A stretch of 64,000 bases of DNA from NCBI GenBank assembly GCA_963779865.1, contig CAVZZX010000003.1:452018-516017 (forward strand). The letters run 5' to 3'. The translations under genes were made by a program, and so were the position numbers. Source of the DNA: an uncultured Gammaproteobacteria bacterium (GTDB taxonomy: Bacteria > Pseudomonadota > Gammaproteobacteria > CAVZZX01). Positions 1 through 14,965 of the stretch are shown here, piece by piece. Every line of letters starts with the position of its first letter. Positions within the stretch are counted from its first letter, which is position 1. The notes beneath the pieces are model-generated. The model did no database searches. It had not been told where the DNA came from and saw nothing but the letters and a program-made list of their open reading frames with translations.

Positions 1-1
1 G

Positions 2-544
2 GTGGCGGGGGCGCTGGTCGCGGGCCCCGCCAGCGGGGACCTCGTGCTCCCCCGGGCCGTCGCCCCGGCGGGCGGCGGGCCGGCCCTGGAGGTGGACGTC
101 GCCTGGCGACGGGCGATGCGCCTGGCGCTGCCGGCGCGGCTGCCAGTGTGGGAGGGGCTGCTGGTGTCGACCCCGCAGCCGGCCGACCGCGACGCCAAGC
201 GCGTGCTGGGGGCGGGGCAGGGGGCGCTCGCCGTGGACATGGAGAGCGCGAGCATTGCGGCCGTGGCGGCACGCGCCGGCGTGCCCTTCATGGCCGTGCG
301 GGCGATCGCCGACGGCGCCGAGCGGGCCCCCGCCGGGTGGCTGGCGGAGCTGGTGACCCCGGCGGGGCACACCGCGTGGCGGGCCGTGGCGGGCGCCCTG
401 GTCCGCCGGCCGGGGGCGCTCGCGGAGCTGCGCCGGGCCGGGGCGGAGTTTCGCGCGGCGCGGCGCAGCCTGCGCGCGGCGGCGCGGCACCTGGAGGCGG
501 CGCTCGCGGTCTCGCTGGCCCCGGCGCGTGGGGAGGGGCCATGA
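2..544 (+). CDS. hpnG: HpnG-like hopanoid-associated phosphorylase (PNP/MTA-nucleosidase family); 5' end cut by window edge
   Basis: Translation ...GAGQGALAVDMESASIAAVAARAGVPFMAVRAIAD... matches the nucleoside phosphorylase fold motif. Stop overlaps the next start (ATGA at 541-544). Hopanoid context from neighbours. Confidence 0.55.
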   Translation: MAGALVAGPASGDLVLPRAVAPAGGGPALEVDVAWRRAMRLALPARLPVWEGLLVSTPQPADRDAKRVLGAGQGALAVDMESASIAAVAARAGVPFMAVRAIADGAERAPAGWLAELVTPAGHTAWRAVAGALVRRPGALAELRRAGAEFRAARRSLRAAARHLEAALAVSLAPARGEGP

Positions 545-1578
545 GCACCTTGCTGACCGGCGCCACGGGCTTCGTCGGCGGGGCCGTGGCGCGCGAGTTG
601 CTCGCGGCGGGGCACCGCGTGCGGGTGCTGGTGCGCCGCGGCAGCGACCGGAGCAACCTTCGCGGCCTGGAGGTCGAGCCGGTGGAGGGCGACCTGCGCG
701 ATGCCGCCTCGTTGCGTGCGGCGCTGGCGGGGTGCCGCAACCTGTTTCATGTGGCGGCGGATTATCGGCTCTGGGCACCGCGCCCCGAGGAGTTGTTCCG
801 CATCAATGTGGACGGCACCCGCCATCTGGTGGACGCCGCGCTCGCGCAGGGCGTGGAGCGGATGGTGTACACCAGCAGCGTGGCGGTGCTGGGGCTGCAT
901 CCGGACGGGGGCCCGGCGGACGAGGACACCCCCTCGTCCCTGTCTGACATGATCGGCCCCTACAAGCGCTCCAAGTTCCTGGCCGAAGAGCTGGTGCGGC
1001 GGGCGGTGCGCGAGCGCGCCCTGCCGGCGGTGATCGTCAATCCCTCCACGCCGGTGGGCCCGCGCGATCGGCGCCCCACGCCGACCGGGCGCCTGATCCT
1101 GGACGCCGCCTGCGGCCGCATCCCCGCCTTCGTGGACACCGGCCTGAACCTGGTGCACGTGGACGACGTGGCGCGCGGCCACCTGCTCGCCTTCGAGCGC
1201 GGCCGTATCGGCGAGCGCTATATCCTGGGCAACGAGGACATGAGTCTGCGCGAGATCCTGACCCGGGTCGCGGCCATCGCCGACCGCCCCCCGCCGCGGC
1301 TGCGTCTGCCCCACTGGCTGGTGATGCCTGTGGCGCGCGCCGCCGAGGCCTGGGCGCGGCATACCGGGGCCGAGCCGCTGGCCACGGTGGACGGCGTGCG
1401 CATGGCCCGCAAACGCATGTATTTCTCGGCGGCCAAGGCGCGCGCCGAGCTGGGGTTTGCGCCGCGCCCGGCGCAGGAGGCGCTGCGCGAGGCCGTGGCC
1501 TGGTTCTTTGCCGAGGGCTATTGCCGCCGTGGGGCGCTGCGCCGGCCGCAGTCCGCCTCCGGCGGGCGCGCCGCGTGA
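541..1578 (+). CDS. hpnA: NAD-dependent epimerase/dehydratase, HpnA-like hopanoid-associated sugar epimerase
   Basis: Starts MSTLLTGATGFVGGAVARELLAAGHRVRVLVRR, a Rossmann GxxGxxG motif. True start is at aa 132 of track ORF 148..1578; upstream part is Arg/Gly-rich off-frame noise. Confidence 0.7.
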   Translation: MSTLLTGATGFVGGAVARELLAAGHRVRVLVRRGSDRSNLRGLEVEPVEGDLRDAASLRAALAGCRNLFHVAADYRLWAPRPEELFRINVDGTRHLVDAALAQGVERMVYTSSVAVLGLHPDGGPADEDTPSSLSDMIGPYKRSKFLAEELVRRAVRERALPAVIVNPSTPVGPRDRRPTPTGRLILDAACGRIPAFVDTGLNLVHVDDVARGHLLAFERGRIGERYILGNEDMSLREILTRVAAIADRPPPRLRLPHWLVMPVARAAEAWARHTGAEPLATVDGVRMARKRMYFSAAKARAELGFAPRPAQEALREAVAWFFAEGYCRRGALRRPQSASGGRAA

Positions 1579-2555
1579 AGCGCTGGAGCCTGCTGTTCGC
1601 CGCCGCCGGCCTCGCGCTCATGGCCTGGCTGCTCGCCCGACAGGGGCTGAGCGAGGTCGCCGGCGCCTTGGGCGCCGCCGGGGTTGGCATTCTCTGGGTG
1701 AGCCTCTATCACGCCGTGCCACTGGCCATGAACAGTTTCGCCTGGGGCGTGCTGGTGCCCGCGCCCCATCGGCCGGGCCTGTGGCGGCTGTGCGCGATGC
1801 GCTGGATCGGCGAATCGGTCAACGGCCTGCTGCCCGTCGGCCAGGTGGGCGGGGAGGTGGTGCGCGCCCGCCTGCTGGTGCTGGCGCGCACGCCGGCGGC
1901 GCTCGCCGGTGCCAGCGTGCTGGTCGACTTCACCGTCGGGCTGCTGGCGCAGGCGCTGTTCGTCCTTGTCGGCGTGGCGCTCCTGCTGCGCGCCGTGGGG
2001 CTGGGTCCGACGGTGCAGACCATCCTGGCGGTACTCGGGGCCGGCGGGCTGGGGCTGGTGGTCTTCTATGCCCTGCAGCGCAGCGGTGGGCTGCGCTCGG
2101 GGGCGCGTTGGATGGCCCGGCTGGGCCAGACGCCGCACTGGCAAAGCCTGTCCGGCGGCGCGCTCCACATGGACCGCGAGCTGCAGGCCTTGTATGACGC
2201 CCGGCGCCGGATCCTGGGCGCTGCCCTGCTGCGCCTGGCGGGCTGGTTCCTGAGCGTGGGGGAGATCTGGCTGGCGCTGTATTTCATCGGTGCCTCGGCC
2301 GGGCTGGGCGAGGCGCTGATCCTGCAGAGCCTCGGCTTCGCGGCGCGCAGCCTGGCGTTCGTGGTCCCGGCGGGGCTCGGCGTGCAGGAGGGCGTGTTTG
2401 TGGTGGTCGGGGGGCTGCTCGGGTTGAGCCCGGCCAACGCGCTCGCCGTGGCCCTGATCCGCCGCTCGCGCGAAGTCCTGTTGGGGGTGCCCGGTCTGCT
2501 GCTCTGGGCCTGGGAGGAACGCGGGCGGGGGCCGCTTCCCGCGCGGCGCGGCTGA
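1575..2555 (+). CDS. hpnL: Lysylphosphatidylglycerol-synthase-like (flippase-like) integral membrane protein, HpnL-like
   Basis: Multi-TM protein (VKRWSLLFAAAGLALMAWLLARQGL...). GTG start overlaps the hpnA stop. An alternative ATG is at 1620. Confidence 0.5.
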   Translation: MKRWSLLFAAAGLALMAWLLARQGLSEVAGALGAAGVGILWVSLYHAVPLAMNSFAWGVLVPAPHRPGLWRLCAMRWIGESVNGLLPVGQVGGEVVRARLLVLARTPAALAGASVLVDFTVGLLAQALFVLVGVALLLRAVGLGPTVQTILAVLGAGGLGLVVFYALQRSGGLRSGARWMARLGQTPHWQSLSGGALHMDRELQALYDARRRILGAALLRLAGWFLSVGEIWLALYFIGASAGLGEALILQSLGFAARSLAFVVPAGLGVQEGVFVVVGGLLGLSPANALAVALIRRSREVLLGVPGLLLWAWEERGRGPLPARRG

Positions 2556-2569
2556 GCGGGCGGGCGCTC

Positions 2570-3904
2570 TCAGGAGGGCGCCTGGTGCGGGACCGGCTCG
2601 CCCGCCGTCAGGCCCGCGCCCTGCGCCGCCACGGCGCGCCACACCGGCAGCAGGTCGCTGCGCAGCACCTCTTCCCAGCCGGGCCATTCGCCCTCGATCT
2701 GGGCCCGCGCGCGCCGGCCCATGACGGCCCGCCGGCGCGGTTCGCCAAGCAGCTCCCCGATGGCCTCGGCCCAGGCCGCACCGCCGTGCCCCGCCACGCG
2801 CAGCCCGTCCTCGCCCGAGTGGCGCACCCGCTGGGCGGCGCCACCTTCCGTGGAGACGAGCACCGGCAAGCCGGCCGCCTTCGCCTCCACGACGACGTTG
2901 CCGTACGTCTCGCTTCGCGACGGGAAGACGAACAGGTCGGCGCTGGCGTAGATCCAGCCGAGCTCGGCCTGCGGCAGATTGCCGGGCAAGGTGCCGGCCG
3001 CACCGAGTGCCGCGGCGAGGGCGGCGCGGCTGCTGCCCTCGCCGATCACCAGGGCGTGCACCGGCAGCCCGCGCGCCTGCAGGTGCTGTACTGCCTCGCC
3101 CAAGGTCATCACGTCCTTGGCCGCATCGACCCGCCCCACGTACAGCAACAGGGGGCGGTCGGTAGGCACCCCGAAGCGCTCGCGCAGGCGCTCGCGATCG
3201 CGCAGCGCGGGGGAGAACCGGCGCGGGTCGATGCCGCGCCGCAGCCAGGCGATGCGCGCGGCGGGCAGGGCCTGGCGTACGCGCTGGAAATCGTCCCGCT
3301 GCGACACGAACACGCGGTCGCAGCGGGCCCAATAGCGGCGCAGCTGGCGCGCCATGGTCGTGGCACGCCAGCGGGGCAGGCCCAGCCGCGCGTTGAGAAA
3401 GCGGGCGGTGCGCCCGCCGTGCAGCAGCCGTTCGATCAACTGCTCGGTGAAGGCCTCGGTGTATTTGGGCACGTCGGTGTGCACCGAACACACCAGCGGC
3501 AGCGAGCGCCGGCGTGCCACGGCCAGTGCGGTGCGCCCGAAGGCGAAGCTCGGGTGGGTCGCATGCAGCACCTGCGCGTCGCCGAGCGTGCGGGCCAGGG
3601 CCGCATTCCAGGAGGCGAGATCGGTGTAATCCGCCAGCCCGCGCAGGAAGGGCAGCCGCTCGGTGCTCAAGCGGGGCGGATGCAGCAGGTAACGCACATT
3701 GGGGCTGAGCTCGAGGCGCTGGGCGCGCTCGGCCAGGAAATGCACGCTGAGGTCCACGGCCGGAACCGCCGTGGCCGCCTCGGCGAAGCGCTCCCACGTC
3801 TTCACGTGCCCGCCGGCCCGCTGCCCGCGATACAGGTCCACCAGCACGTGGATACGCAGCGGATACCGGCCGGTCGCCCCCGGGGCGCCGTGCTGATTCT
3901 CCAT
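2570..3904 (-). CDS. Glycosyltransferase family 4 (group 1 GT)
   Basis: 444 aa. C-terminal ...GLPVLVSTEGGAAQRVRHSGEDG... is typical of the GT-B/GT4 EX7E region. Divergent from uvrA-like gene. Confidence 0.7.
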   Translation of the reverse strand: MENQHGAPGATGRYPLRIHVLVDLYRGQRAGGHVKTWERFAEAATAVPAVDLSVHFLAERAQRLELSPNVRYLLHPPRLSTERLPFLRGLADYTDLASWNAALARTLGDAQVLHATHPSFAFGRTALAVARRRSLPLVCSVHTDVPKYTEAFTEQLIERLLHGGRTARFLNARLGLPRWRATTMARQLRRYWARCDRVFVSQRDDFQRVRQALPAARIAWLRRGIDPRRFSPALRDRERLRERFGVPTDRPLLLYVGRVDAAKDVMTLGEAVQHLQARGLPVHALVIGEGSSRAALAAALGAAGTLPGNLPQAELGWIYASADLFVFPSRSETYGNVVVEAKAAGLPVLVSTEGGAAQRVRHSGEDGLRVAGHGGAAWAEAIGELLGEPRRRAVMGRRARAQIEGEWPGWEEVLRSDLLPVWRAVAAQGAGLTAGEPVPHQAPS

Positions 3905-3954
3905 AGAAGTCGTCCAGGTTTTGCCTTAAGACAAGCTTAGCAAGCGCCGCGTCC

Positions 3955-3995
3955 GACCTTTCACGGGCGCCCCCCGGCGCGATATACTCTCGCCC
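3955..3995 (+). promoter_or_regulatory. Candidate sigma70-like promoter (TTCACG-N16/17-TATACT) in the divergent intergenic region upstream of the double uvrA
   Basis: The only AT-richer patch in the 145-nt intergenic. No CTGT-N8-ACAG LexA box was seen. Approximate position. Confidence 0.2.
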
Positions 3996-4049
3996 CCCGA
4001 CCCGCTGCCGCCCGGCCGGGTCACCGACCGGCCCAGCCGCACGGACACG

Positions 4050-9605
<5,556 letters not shown>

Positions 9606-9624
9606 CACGCAGGAGTCCCGGTCG

Positions 9625-10065
9625 ATGAATGCAGAGCAGCTGGACGCGTATATCCGCGCGCGCATCCCCTTGTTCACGGCCATGCAGGCGCGCGTCGAGA
9701 CGGCCTCCCCGCGCGAGGTTGTGCTCGCGGCACCGCTCGCCCCGAACATCAATCACAGCGGCACGGTGTTCGGCGGCAGCGCGGCGACCCTCGCCACGCT
9801 CGCCGCCTGGGCGCTGGTGAACGTGGGATTGGCGGCGGAACAGCTGCAGGCGCAGGTGGTGGTGCGGCGCAGCGGCATCGAGTACCCGCAGCCGCTGCGC
9901 GGCGAGTTTCGCGCCCGCTGCACGCCCCAGGCCGCGGCCTGGACACGCTTCTGCGAGGTGCTGCGGCAGCGTGGCCGGGCGCGGCTGACGCTGACCGCCG
10001 AGGTGAGCGACGCCGGCGGCGTCGGCGCCGTGCTGGATGGGGAGTTCGTGGCGATACTGCCCTAG
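9625..10065 (+). CDS. YiiD C-terminal domain / hotdog-fold thioesterase-like protein
   Basis: 146 aa; ...NINHSGTVFGGSAATLATLAAW... RBS AGGAG 9 nt upstream of the ATG, 20 nt after the uvrA stop. Confidence 0.6.
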   Translation: MNAEQLDAYIRARIPLFTAMQARVETASPREVVLAAPLAPNINHSGTVFGGSAATLATLAAWALVNVGLAAEQLQAQVVVRRSGIEYPQPLRGEFRARCTPQAAAWTRFCEVLRQRGRARLTLTAEVSDAGGVGAVLDGEFVAILP

Positions 10066-10268
10066 AGGTCCGTGTCGACTTCGGCGATGGCCGAGTAGCC
10101 GCCCTGGGCGAGGTCGGTCAGGTCCTCGCGATATTCGCGGACCTCGCCGTCGACCTCCAGGCGCAGCTTGCCGCCGTCCGGCGCGCGGCCGCGATAGGTG
10201 AACTGCTTCTTGTCGCCGACCTCGTTGGTCACCACGTAGGTCTTCCCCTCTTCGAGTGCCCTGGGCAT
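10062..10268 (-). CDS. Small hypothetical protein (68 aa), acidic C-terminus
   Basis: MPRALEEGKTYVVTNEVGDKKQFTYRGRAPDGGKLRLEVDGEVREYREDLTDLAQGGYSAIAEVDTDL. AGGAGG RBS upstream. True start taken inside track ORF 10062..10445. Stop overlaps the preceding gene's stop region. Confidence 0.45.
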   Translation of the reverse strand: MPRALEEGKTYVVTNEVGDKKQFTYRGRAPDGGKLRLEVDGEVREYREDLTDLAQGGYSAIAEVDTDL

Positions 10269-10359
10269 GGCCCGCCTCCTGCGTCGTCGCTTCCCACGCA
10301 GGTAAACGTAGCATCCCCCCCAGCGCAGCGGATGCACACTCGGCGCAGCGGATCGGCGC

Positions 10360-10566
10360 TCAGCGCAGCCATTCGGCGATGGGTCGCTGGCAGTCGCCGC
10401 TCCAGCGGCAGGTCGTCCTGGGGCAGTCGTAGCGCTCGTCCCCACCGAAGCAGGCGGGTTCGCCGAGGCGCTGCTGGATGGCCCGGATCAACACCGGCCG
10501 GGTATAGCTGCGCGGTTGGTCGATGCCCAGGCGATGCGCTTCCAGGCGCAGGCTTGCGATGCTCAT
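10360..10566 (-). CDS. Small Rho_N/SAP-like domain protein with C-terminal 4-Cys motif (68 aa)
   Basis: MSIASLRLEAHRLGIDQPRSYTRPVLIRAIQQRLGEPACFGGDERYDCPRTTCRWSGDCQRPIAEWLR. N-terminus resembles a Rho termination factor N-terminal helix-extended-helix. C-x8-C-x4-C-x5-C follows. GGAAG RBS. Confidence 0.45.
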   Translation of the reverse strand: MSIASLRLEAHRLGIDQPRSYTRPVLIRAIQQRLGEPACFGGDERYDCPRTTCRWSGDCQRPIAEWLR

Positions 10567-10737
10567 TGTTGTTCTTCCTTCTTGCTTGGGCCACGGGCGA
10601 GGCGGCGTGCCCGGGTGGCCTCTCCCCACACGCAGGGGCAGCCTAGCGCCGCGAGCGCTGCGCAGAGATGACGTGGATCAATCCCCGGTACGAAGGCAGG
10701 CCTTAGAATCTCCGTCCTGCCGTTCTACTGATTCCCG

Positions 10738-12492
10738 GTGAAGCACACGATGTCGCGTTCCTTTCCCTTGGGCCGCGCCCTGCGCGAGTCCCTCCGAGCC
10801 GGGTATGGCCTGCAAGACCTGCGCGGCGACCTGCTCGCCGGCCTCACCGTCGGCGTGGTGGCCGTCCCGCTGGCCATGGCGCTCGCCATCGCCAGCGGCG
10901 TGCCGCCGCAGTACGGGCTGTACACCTCCATTGTCGCCGGCGCCCTGATCGCGCTCACCGGCGGGGCGCGGTACAACGTCTCGGGGCCGACCGCCGCCTT
11001 CGTCGTCGTGCTGCTGCCCGTCACCCACCAGTACGGCGTGGGCGGGCTGCTGGTGACCACCGTGCTCGCCGGCCTGATCCTGATCGCCATGGGGGCGTCG
11101 GGCCTCGGGCGGCTGGTGCGTTACATTCCCTATCCGGTCACGACCGGCTTCACCGCCGGCATCGGCCTGGTCATTGCGCTGCTGCAGGTCAAGGACCTGC
11201 TCGGCCTGCGGGTGGGCGCGCTGCCGGCGGACTTTCTCGACAAGCTGCTGGCACTCGCGCAGGCCCTGCCCACCGTGCACGCGCCCGATCTCGCGATCGG
11301 GCTGCTCACGCTTGCGGTGCTGCTGGGGTGGCCGCGGCTGAAGACCCCGATACCGGGGCACCTGGTGGCGCTGGTGGTGGGAACGGCGGCGGCCTGGGCA
11401 GCCGCGCACATGTGGAGCGGCTTCGAGGTGGCGACCATCGGCTCGCGCTTCGAGTGGAGCATGGACGGGCTGCAGGGGCGTGGTATCCCGCCGCTGCCCC
11501 CGCTGCCGGTCCTGCCGTGGCTGCTGCCCGACGCCAACGGTCAGCCGCTGGGCCTGTCTCTCGGCCTGGTGCGCGAACTGCTGCCCTCGGCCTTCACCAT
11601 TGCCATGCTCGGCGCCATCGAGTCGCTGCTCTGCGCGGTCGTCGCCGACGGTCTCGGCGGCACCCGCCACGACCCCAATGCGGAGCTCGTCGGTCAGGGC
11701 CTCGGCAACGTGGTGGCCCCTTTCTTCGGCGGCATTACCGCCACCGGCGCCATCGCGCGCACCGCGACGAACATCCGGGCCGGCGCGCGCAGTCCGATCG
11801 CGGCGGTGGTCCATGCCGGGGTGGTGCTGCTGGCGGTGGTGGCCCTCGCGCCGCTGCTGGGCATGCTGCCGATGGCCGCCCTGGCGGCGCTGCTCATCGT
11901 CGTCGCCTGGAACATGAGCGAGGCCAAACACTTCGCCAACATCGTGCGCGGTGCGCCCGGCAGCGACGTGCTGGTGCTGCTGAGCTGCTTCGGGCTCACG
12001 GTGGTGTTCGACATGGTGCTGGCGGTGAGCGTCGGGGTGGTGCTGGCCTCGCTGCTGTTCATCCGCCGCATGTCCGAGCTGACCAGCGCCAGCGTGGTGG
12101 AGGAGCACCCGGAGGCCACGGCCGAGGCACTGCCGGCCCATGTCGCCGTGTACGACATCAACGGGCCGCTCTTCTTCGGCGCCGCCGAGAAGGCGGCCAG
12201 CGCCCTGCACCAGGTCGACGCGCGGGTGCGGGTACTCATCATAGACATGAGCGACGTCAGCGCCATGGACATCACCGGCATCGTGGCGCTGGATTCGATG
12301 ATCACGCGGCTCAACCGCGTCGGCACCGCCGTCGTGGTGCGCGTCCCCTCGCCGCGCCTGTATCGCAAGCTGCTGCGTGCCGGGATGCGCAAGCAGGCCG
12401 GGCGGGTGCTGTTCGCGACCAGTCGCGAGGGGGCACTGCGCAAAGCCCGTGAGTTGAGTCGCAGCGTGCCACGGACCGCTGCTGCCGCCTGA
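10738..12492 (+). CDS. SulP family inorganic anion (sulfate) transporter with C-terminal STAS domain
   Basis: 584 aa, many TM segments, and a C-terminal STAS-like region (...VAVYDINGPLFFGAAEK...MSDVSAMDITGIVAL...). Alternative start at 10750. Confidence 0.85.
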   Translation: MKHTMSRSFPLGRALRESLRAGYGLQDLRGDLLAGLTVGVVAVPLAMALAIASGVPPQYGLYTSIVAGALIALTGGARYNVSGPTAAFVVVLLPVTHQYGVGGLLVTTVLAGLILIAMGASGLGRLVRYIPYPVTTGFTAGIGLVIALLQVKDLLGLRVGALPADFLDKLLALAQALPTVHAPDLAIGLLTLAVLLGWPRLKTPIPGHLVALVVGTAAAWAAAHMWSGFEVATIGSRFEWSMDGLQGRGIPPLPPLPVLPWLLPDANGQPLGLSLGLVRELLPSAFTIAMLGAIESLLCAVVADGLGGTRHDPNAELVGQGLGNVVAPFFGGITATGAIARTATNIRAGARSPIAAVVHAGVVLLAVVALAPLLGMLPMAALAALLIVVAWNMSEAKHFANIVRGAPGSDVLVLLSCFGLTVVFDMVLAVSVGVVLASLLFIRRMSELTSASVVEEHPEATAEALPAHVAVYDINGPLFFGAAEKAASALHQVDARVRVLIIDMSDVSAMDITGIVALDSMITRLNRVGTAVVVRVPSPRLYRKLLRAGMRKQAGRVLFATSREGALRKARELSRSVPRTAAAA

Positions 12493-12556
12493 CTCGCGCT
12501 CTGCAGGGCGGCGAGGCCCTGCTAGAATCGCCACAGATCGGCGATGGGGCGGAGCC

Positions 12557-13681
12557 TTGCACATGGAGATTGCTTCCGCACGGTCGAAGGGCGGGCTGCG
12601 GCGCGCATTGCGACGCGCGGCCTGGGCCCTGGAGCGGCGCCTGGACGAGCTGCGCCGGCGGCTTCAGGCGCGAGGCAACCGCCCGTTGCGGCTGGTGCCG
12701 TATCGCGGCTATGGCGGCGACGGGCTGCTCTTCGTCCAGGGACGGGTGGTGGAGGACCGGCGCGTGGGGCGCGCCCGCGCGGGCGACTCGGCCTGGGACA
12801 ACTTCAAGGCGAGCTACAAGCGGCTGTTCACGCGCGAGGTGCCGCGCATCCTCGTGCGCGCGCGCCTGGGCAGGGCGGTGGCGGAGACCCGCACCGACGC
12901 GGAGGGTTATTTCCGGTTCCTGCTCGACGGCGGCGCGGCCTGCGGTCCGCGCTGGCGGCAGGTACACCTGAGCCTGCCGGGCGTGGAAGGGCGCGTCGCC
13001 GCCCGCGCCGATGTGCTGGTCGCCCCCGCCGCGGCCCGCTTCGGCATCATCAGCGACATCGATGACACGATCCTGCCCAGCGGCGCCACGCGCTGGTTGC
13101 AGGCCGCGCGCCTGATGCTGTTCGGCAATGCACACACGCGAGTGCCGTTCCCGGGCGTGGCGGCCTTCTACCGCGCCCTGCAGAGGGGCCCCGGCGGGGA
13201 CGGTGAGAATCCGGTCTTCTATCTCTCCGGCAGCCCCTGGAACCTGTACGACCTGCTCGAACAATGCCTCGACACGCACGGGCTGCCCAAGGGGCCCATC
13301 ATGCTGCGCGATTACGGCCCGGTGCGGGGGCACCTCCTGGACGCCCATCATCGCGAGCACAAGCTCGCGCGCATGGAACACCTGCTGCGGGTCTGCCCGG
13401 GGCTCCCCTTCGTGCTGATCGGCGACAGTAGCCTGGAGGACCCGGAGATCTACCGTGAGCTCGCGCTCGCCTTCCCCGGGCGCGTGCGCGCCATCTACAT
13501 TCGAGACGTGGGCAGCGTGGCGCGCGCACGCCGGGTGCGCGAGATCGCGCGCGAGCTGGCGCGCGCGGGGGTGAGTCTGCGGCTCATCGCCGACACGGCC
13601 GAGGCGGCGGCACACGCGGCGGCCGTCGGTCTCATCGGCGCACGCCCGTCGCTACGCCAGCGCGAATCCGCCAGCGTGTAG
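12557..13681 (+). CDS. App1-family phosphatidate phosphatase-like protein (DUF2183)
   Basis: 374 aa with the HAD-like DIDDTIL motif (...FGIISDIDDTILPSG...) typical of the App1 family. Confidence 0.65.
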   Translation: MHMEIASARSKGGLRRALRRAAWALERRLDELRRRLQARGNRPLRLVPYRGYGGDGLLFVQGRVVEDRRVGRARAGDSAWDNFKASYKRLFTREVPRILVRARLGRAVAETRTDAEGYFRFLLDGGAACGPRWRQVHLSLPGVEGRVAARADVLVAPAAARFGIISDIDDTILPSGATRWLQAARLMLFGNAHTRVPFPGVAAFYRALQRGPGGDGENPVFYLSGSPWNLYDLLEQCLDTHGLPKGPIMLRDYGPVRGHLLDAHHREHKLARMEHLLRVCPGLPFVLIGDSSLEDPEIYRELALAFPGRVRAIYIRDVGSVARARRVREIARELARAGVSLRLIADTAEAAAHAAAVGLIGARPSLRQRESASV

Positions 13682-13708
13682 GCGCCACATTCCCGAGAGG
13701 TGCAGAGC

Positions 13709-14677
13709 ATGACAGGCAAAGCGGCGCCGCCGACACGGCGCATTCGACTCGGGCTCAGCAGCTGCCTGCTGGGCGAACCGGTGCGTTTCGACGGCGGTCA
13801 CAAGCGAGACGCCTTCGTTGCGGAGCGTCTGTCGGAATGGGTCGAGTTCGTGCCCGTTTGTCCGGAGGTCGCCATCGGTCTGGGCACCCCGCGCCAGCCC
13901 ATCCGCCTGGTTGGCGACCCACAGCGGCCGCGCGCGGTGGGCGTGCGCGATCCCAGCCTGGACGTGAGCGCACCTCTGCAGGCCTTCGGGCGCGAAACCG
14001 CGCACGCCCTGGAGGGGCTCGCCGGCTTCATCGTCAAGCGCGGCTCGCCAAGCTGCGGCATGGAACGGGTGCGGGTATACGCTGCCGGCGGCGCCCCGCA
14101 GGCCGCGGGCACGGGTCTGTTCACCCGCGCGCTCATGGCCGCGCAGCCCGACCTGCCCGTGGAGGAGGAGGGCCGCCTGCACGACCCGGTGCTGCGCGAG
14201 AACTTCATCGAGCGCGTGTTCGTCTACGACGCCTGGCTGCAGCTGCGTACCCGGGGCCTGAGCGCCCACGCGCTGATCGCCTTCCATGCCCGGCACAAGA
14301 TGAGCCTGCTCGCCCACCACCCGGAGGCCTATCGGCGGCTCGGGCGGCGGCTGGCCAGCGCCGGCACCGCCCCGCTGGAGCGGCTCGGCGGCGAGTACAT
14401 CGGGACCCTGATGCAGGCGCTGCGCCGGCCGGTGACGCGTCCACGCCACGTCAATGTGCTCCAGCACCTGGCAGGCTATGTGACGCGCGGGCTCGATGCG
14501 GCCGACCGCGCCGAGCTGGCGGAGTGCATCCACACCTACGGGCGGGGGGAGTTGCCGCTACCGGCGCCGCTCGCCCTGTTGCGGCACCACCTGCGTCGGC
14601 GCCCCGATGCCTATGCGGCCGCGCAGAGCTACCTGGACCCGTATCCCGCCGCGCTGGCACTGCGCAATCCGCTCTAG
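13709..14677 (+). CDS. DUF523/DUF1722 (YbgA-like) fusion protein
   Basis: N-terminal LGLSSCLLGEPVRFDGGHK matches the DUF523 signature. C-terminal half is YbgA/DUF1722-like. GAGAGG RBS 8 nt upstream. Confidence 0.65.
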   Translation: MTGKAAPPTRRIRLGLSSCLLGEPVRFDGGHKRDAFVAERLSEWVEFVPVCPEVAIGLGTPRQPIRLVGDPQRPRAVGVRDPSLDVSAPLQAFGRETAHALEGLAGFIVKRGSPSCGMERVRVYAAGGAPQAAGTGLFTRALMAAQPDLPVEEEGRLHDPVLRENFIERVFVYDAWLQLRTRGLSAHALIAFHARHKMSLLAHHPEAYRRLGRRLASAGTAPLERLGGEYIGTLMQALRRPVTRPRHVNVLQHLAGYVTRGLDAADRAELAECIHTYGRGELPLPAPLALLRHHLRRRPDAYAAAQSYLDPYPAALALRNPL

Positions 14678-14965
14678 GCCCGGCGGCCACGCAGCGCCGA
14701 TCCGTCCTGCTGTGCCCGGGCCCGTCAATCCCGTCCTGGAGCGCGGGGCAGGCTGGAGGAGCGCCGATTGCGCCGACATGCAGGCGTGAGGAAAAGCGCG
14801 ATGCGCCGCGCGGGCGGCATTGTCGCTCTGCTCGGGGCAGGCAATGAAAGTGTGTGTGCAGGACGAACCTCCCATCATCAGGCCTCGGCCAGGGGCGGCG
14901 GCAGCGCGTGCTAACATAGCGAGGGCTATTCTTTACACTTCGAGCGGCTGCTGCCACCAGAACCA

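Noticed and set aside
3905-4049. Looked for a LexA/SOS box (CTGT-N8-ACAG) upstream of the double uvrA
   Set aside because: None seen. Only a weak sigma70-like hexamer pair.
12493-12556. Hairpin CAGGGC-ggcgag-GCCCTG and TAGAAT hexamer between SulP and the App1-like gene
   Set aside because: No U-tract and no convincing -35, so too weak to call a terminator or promoter.
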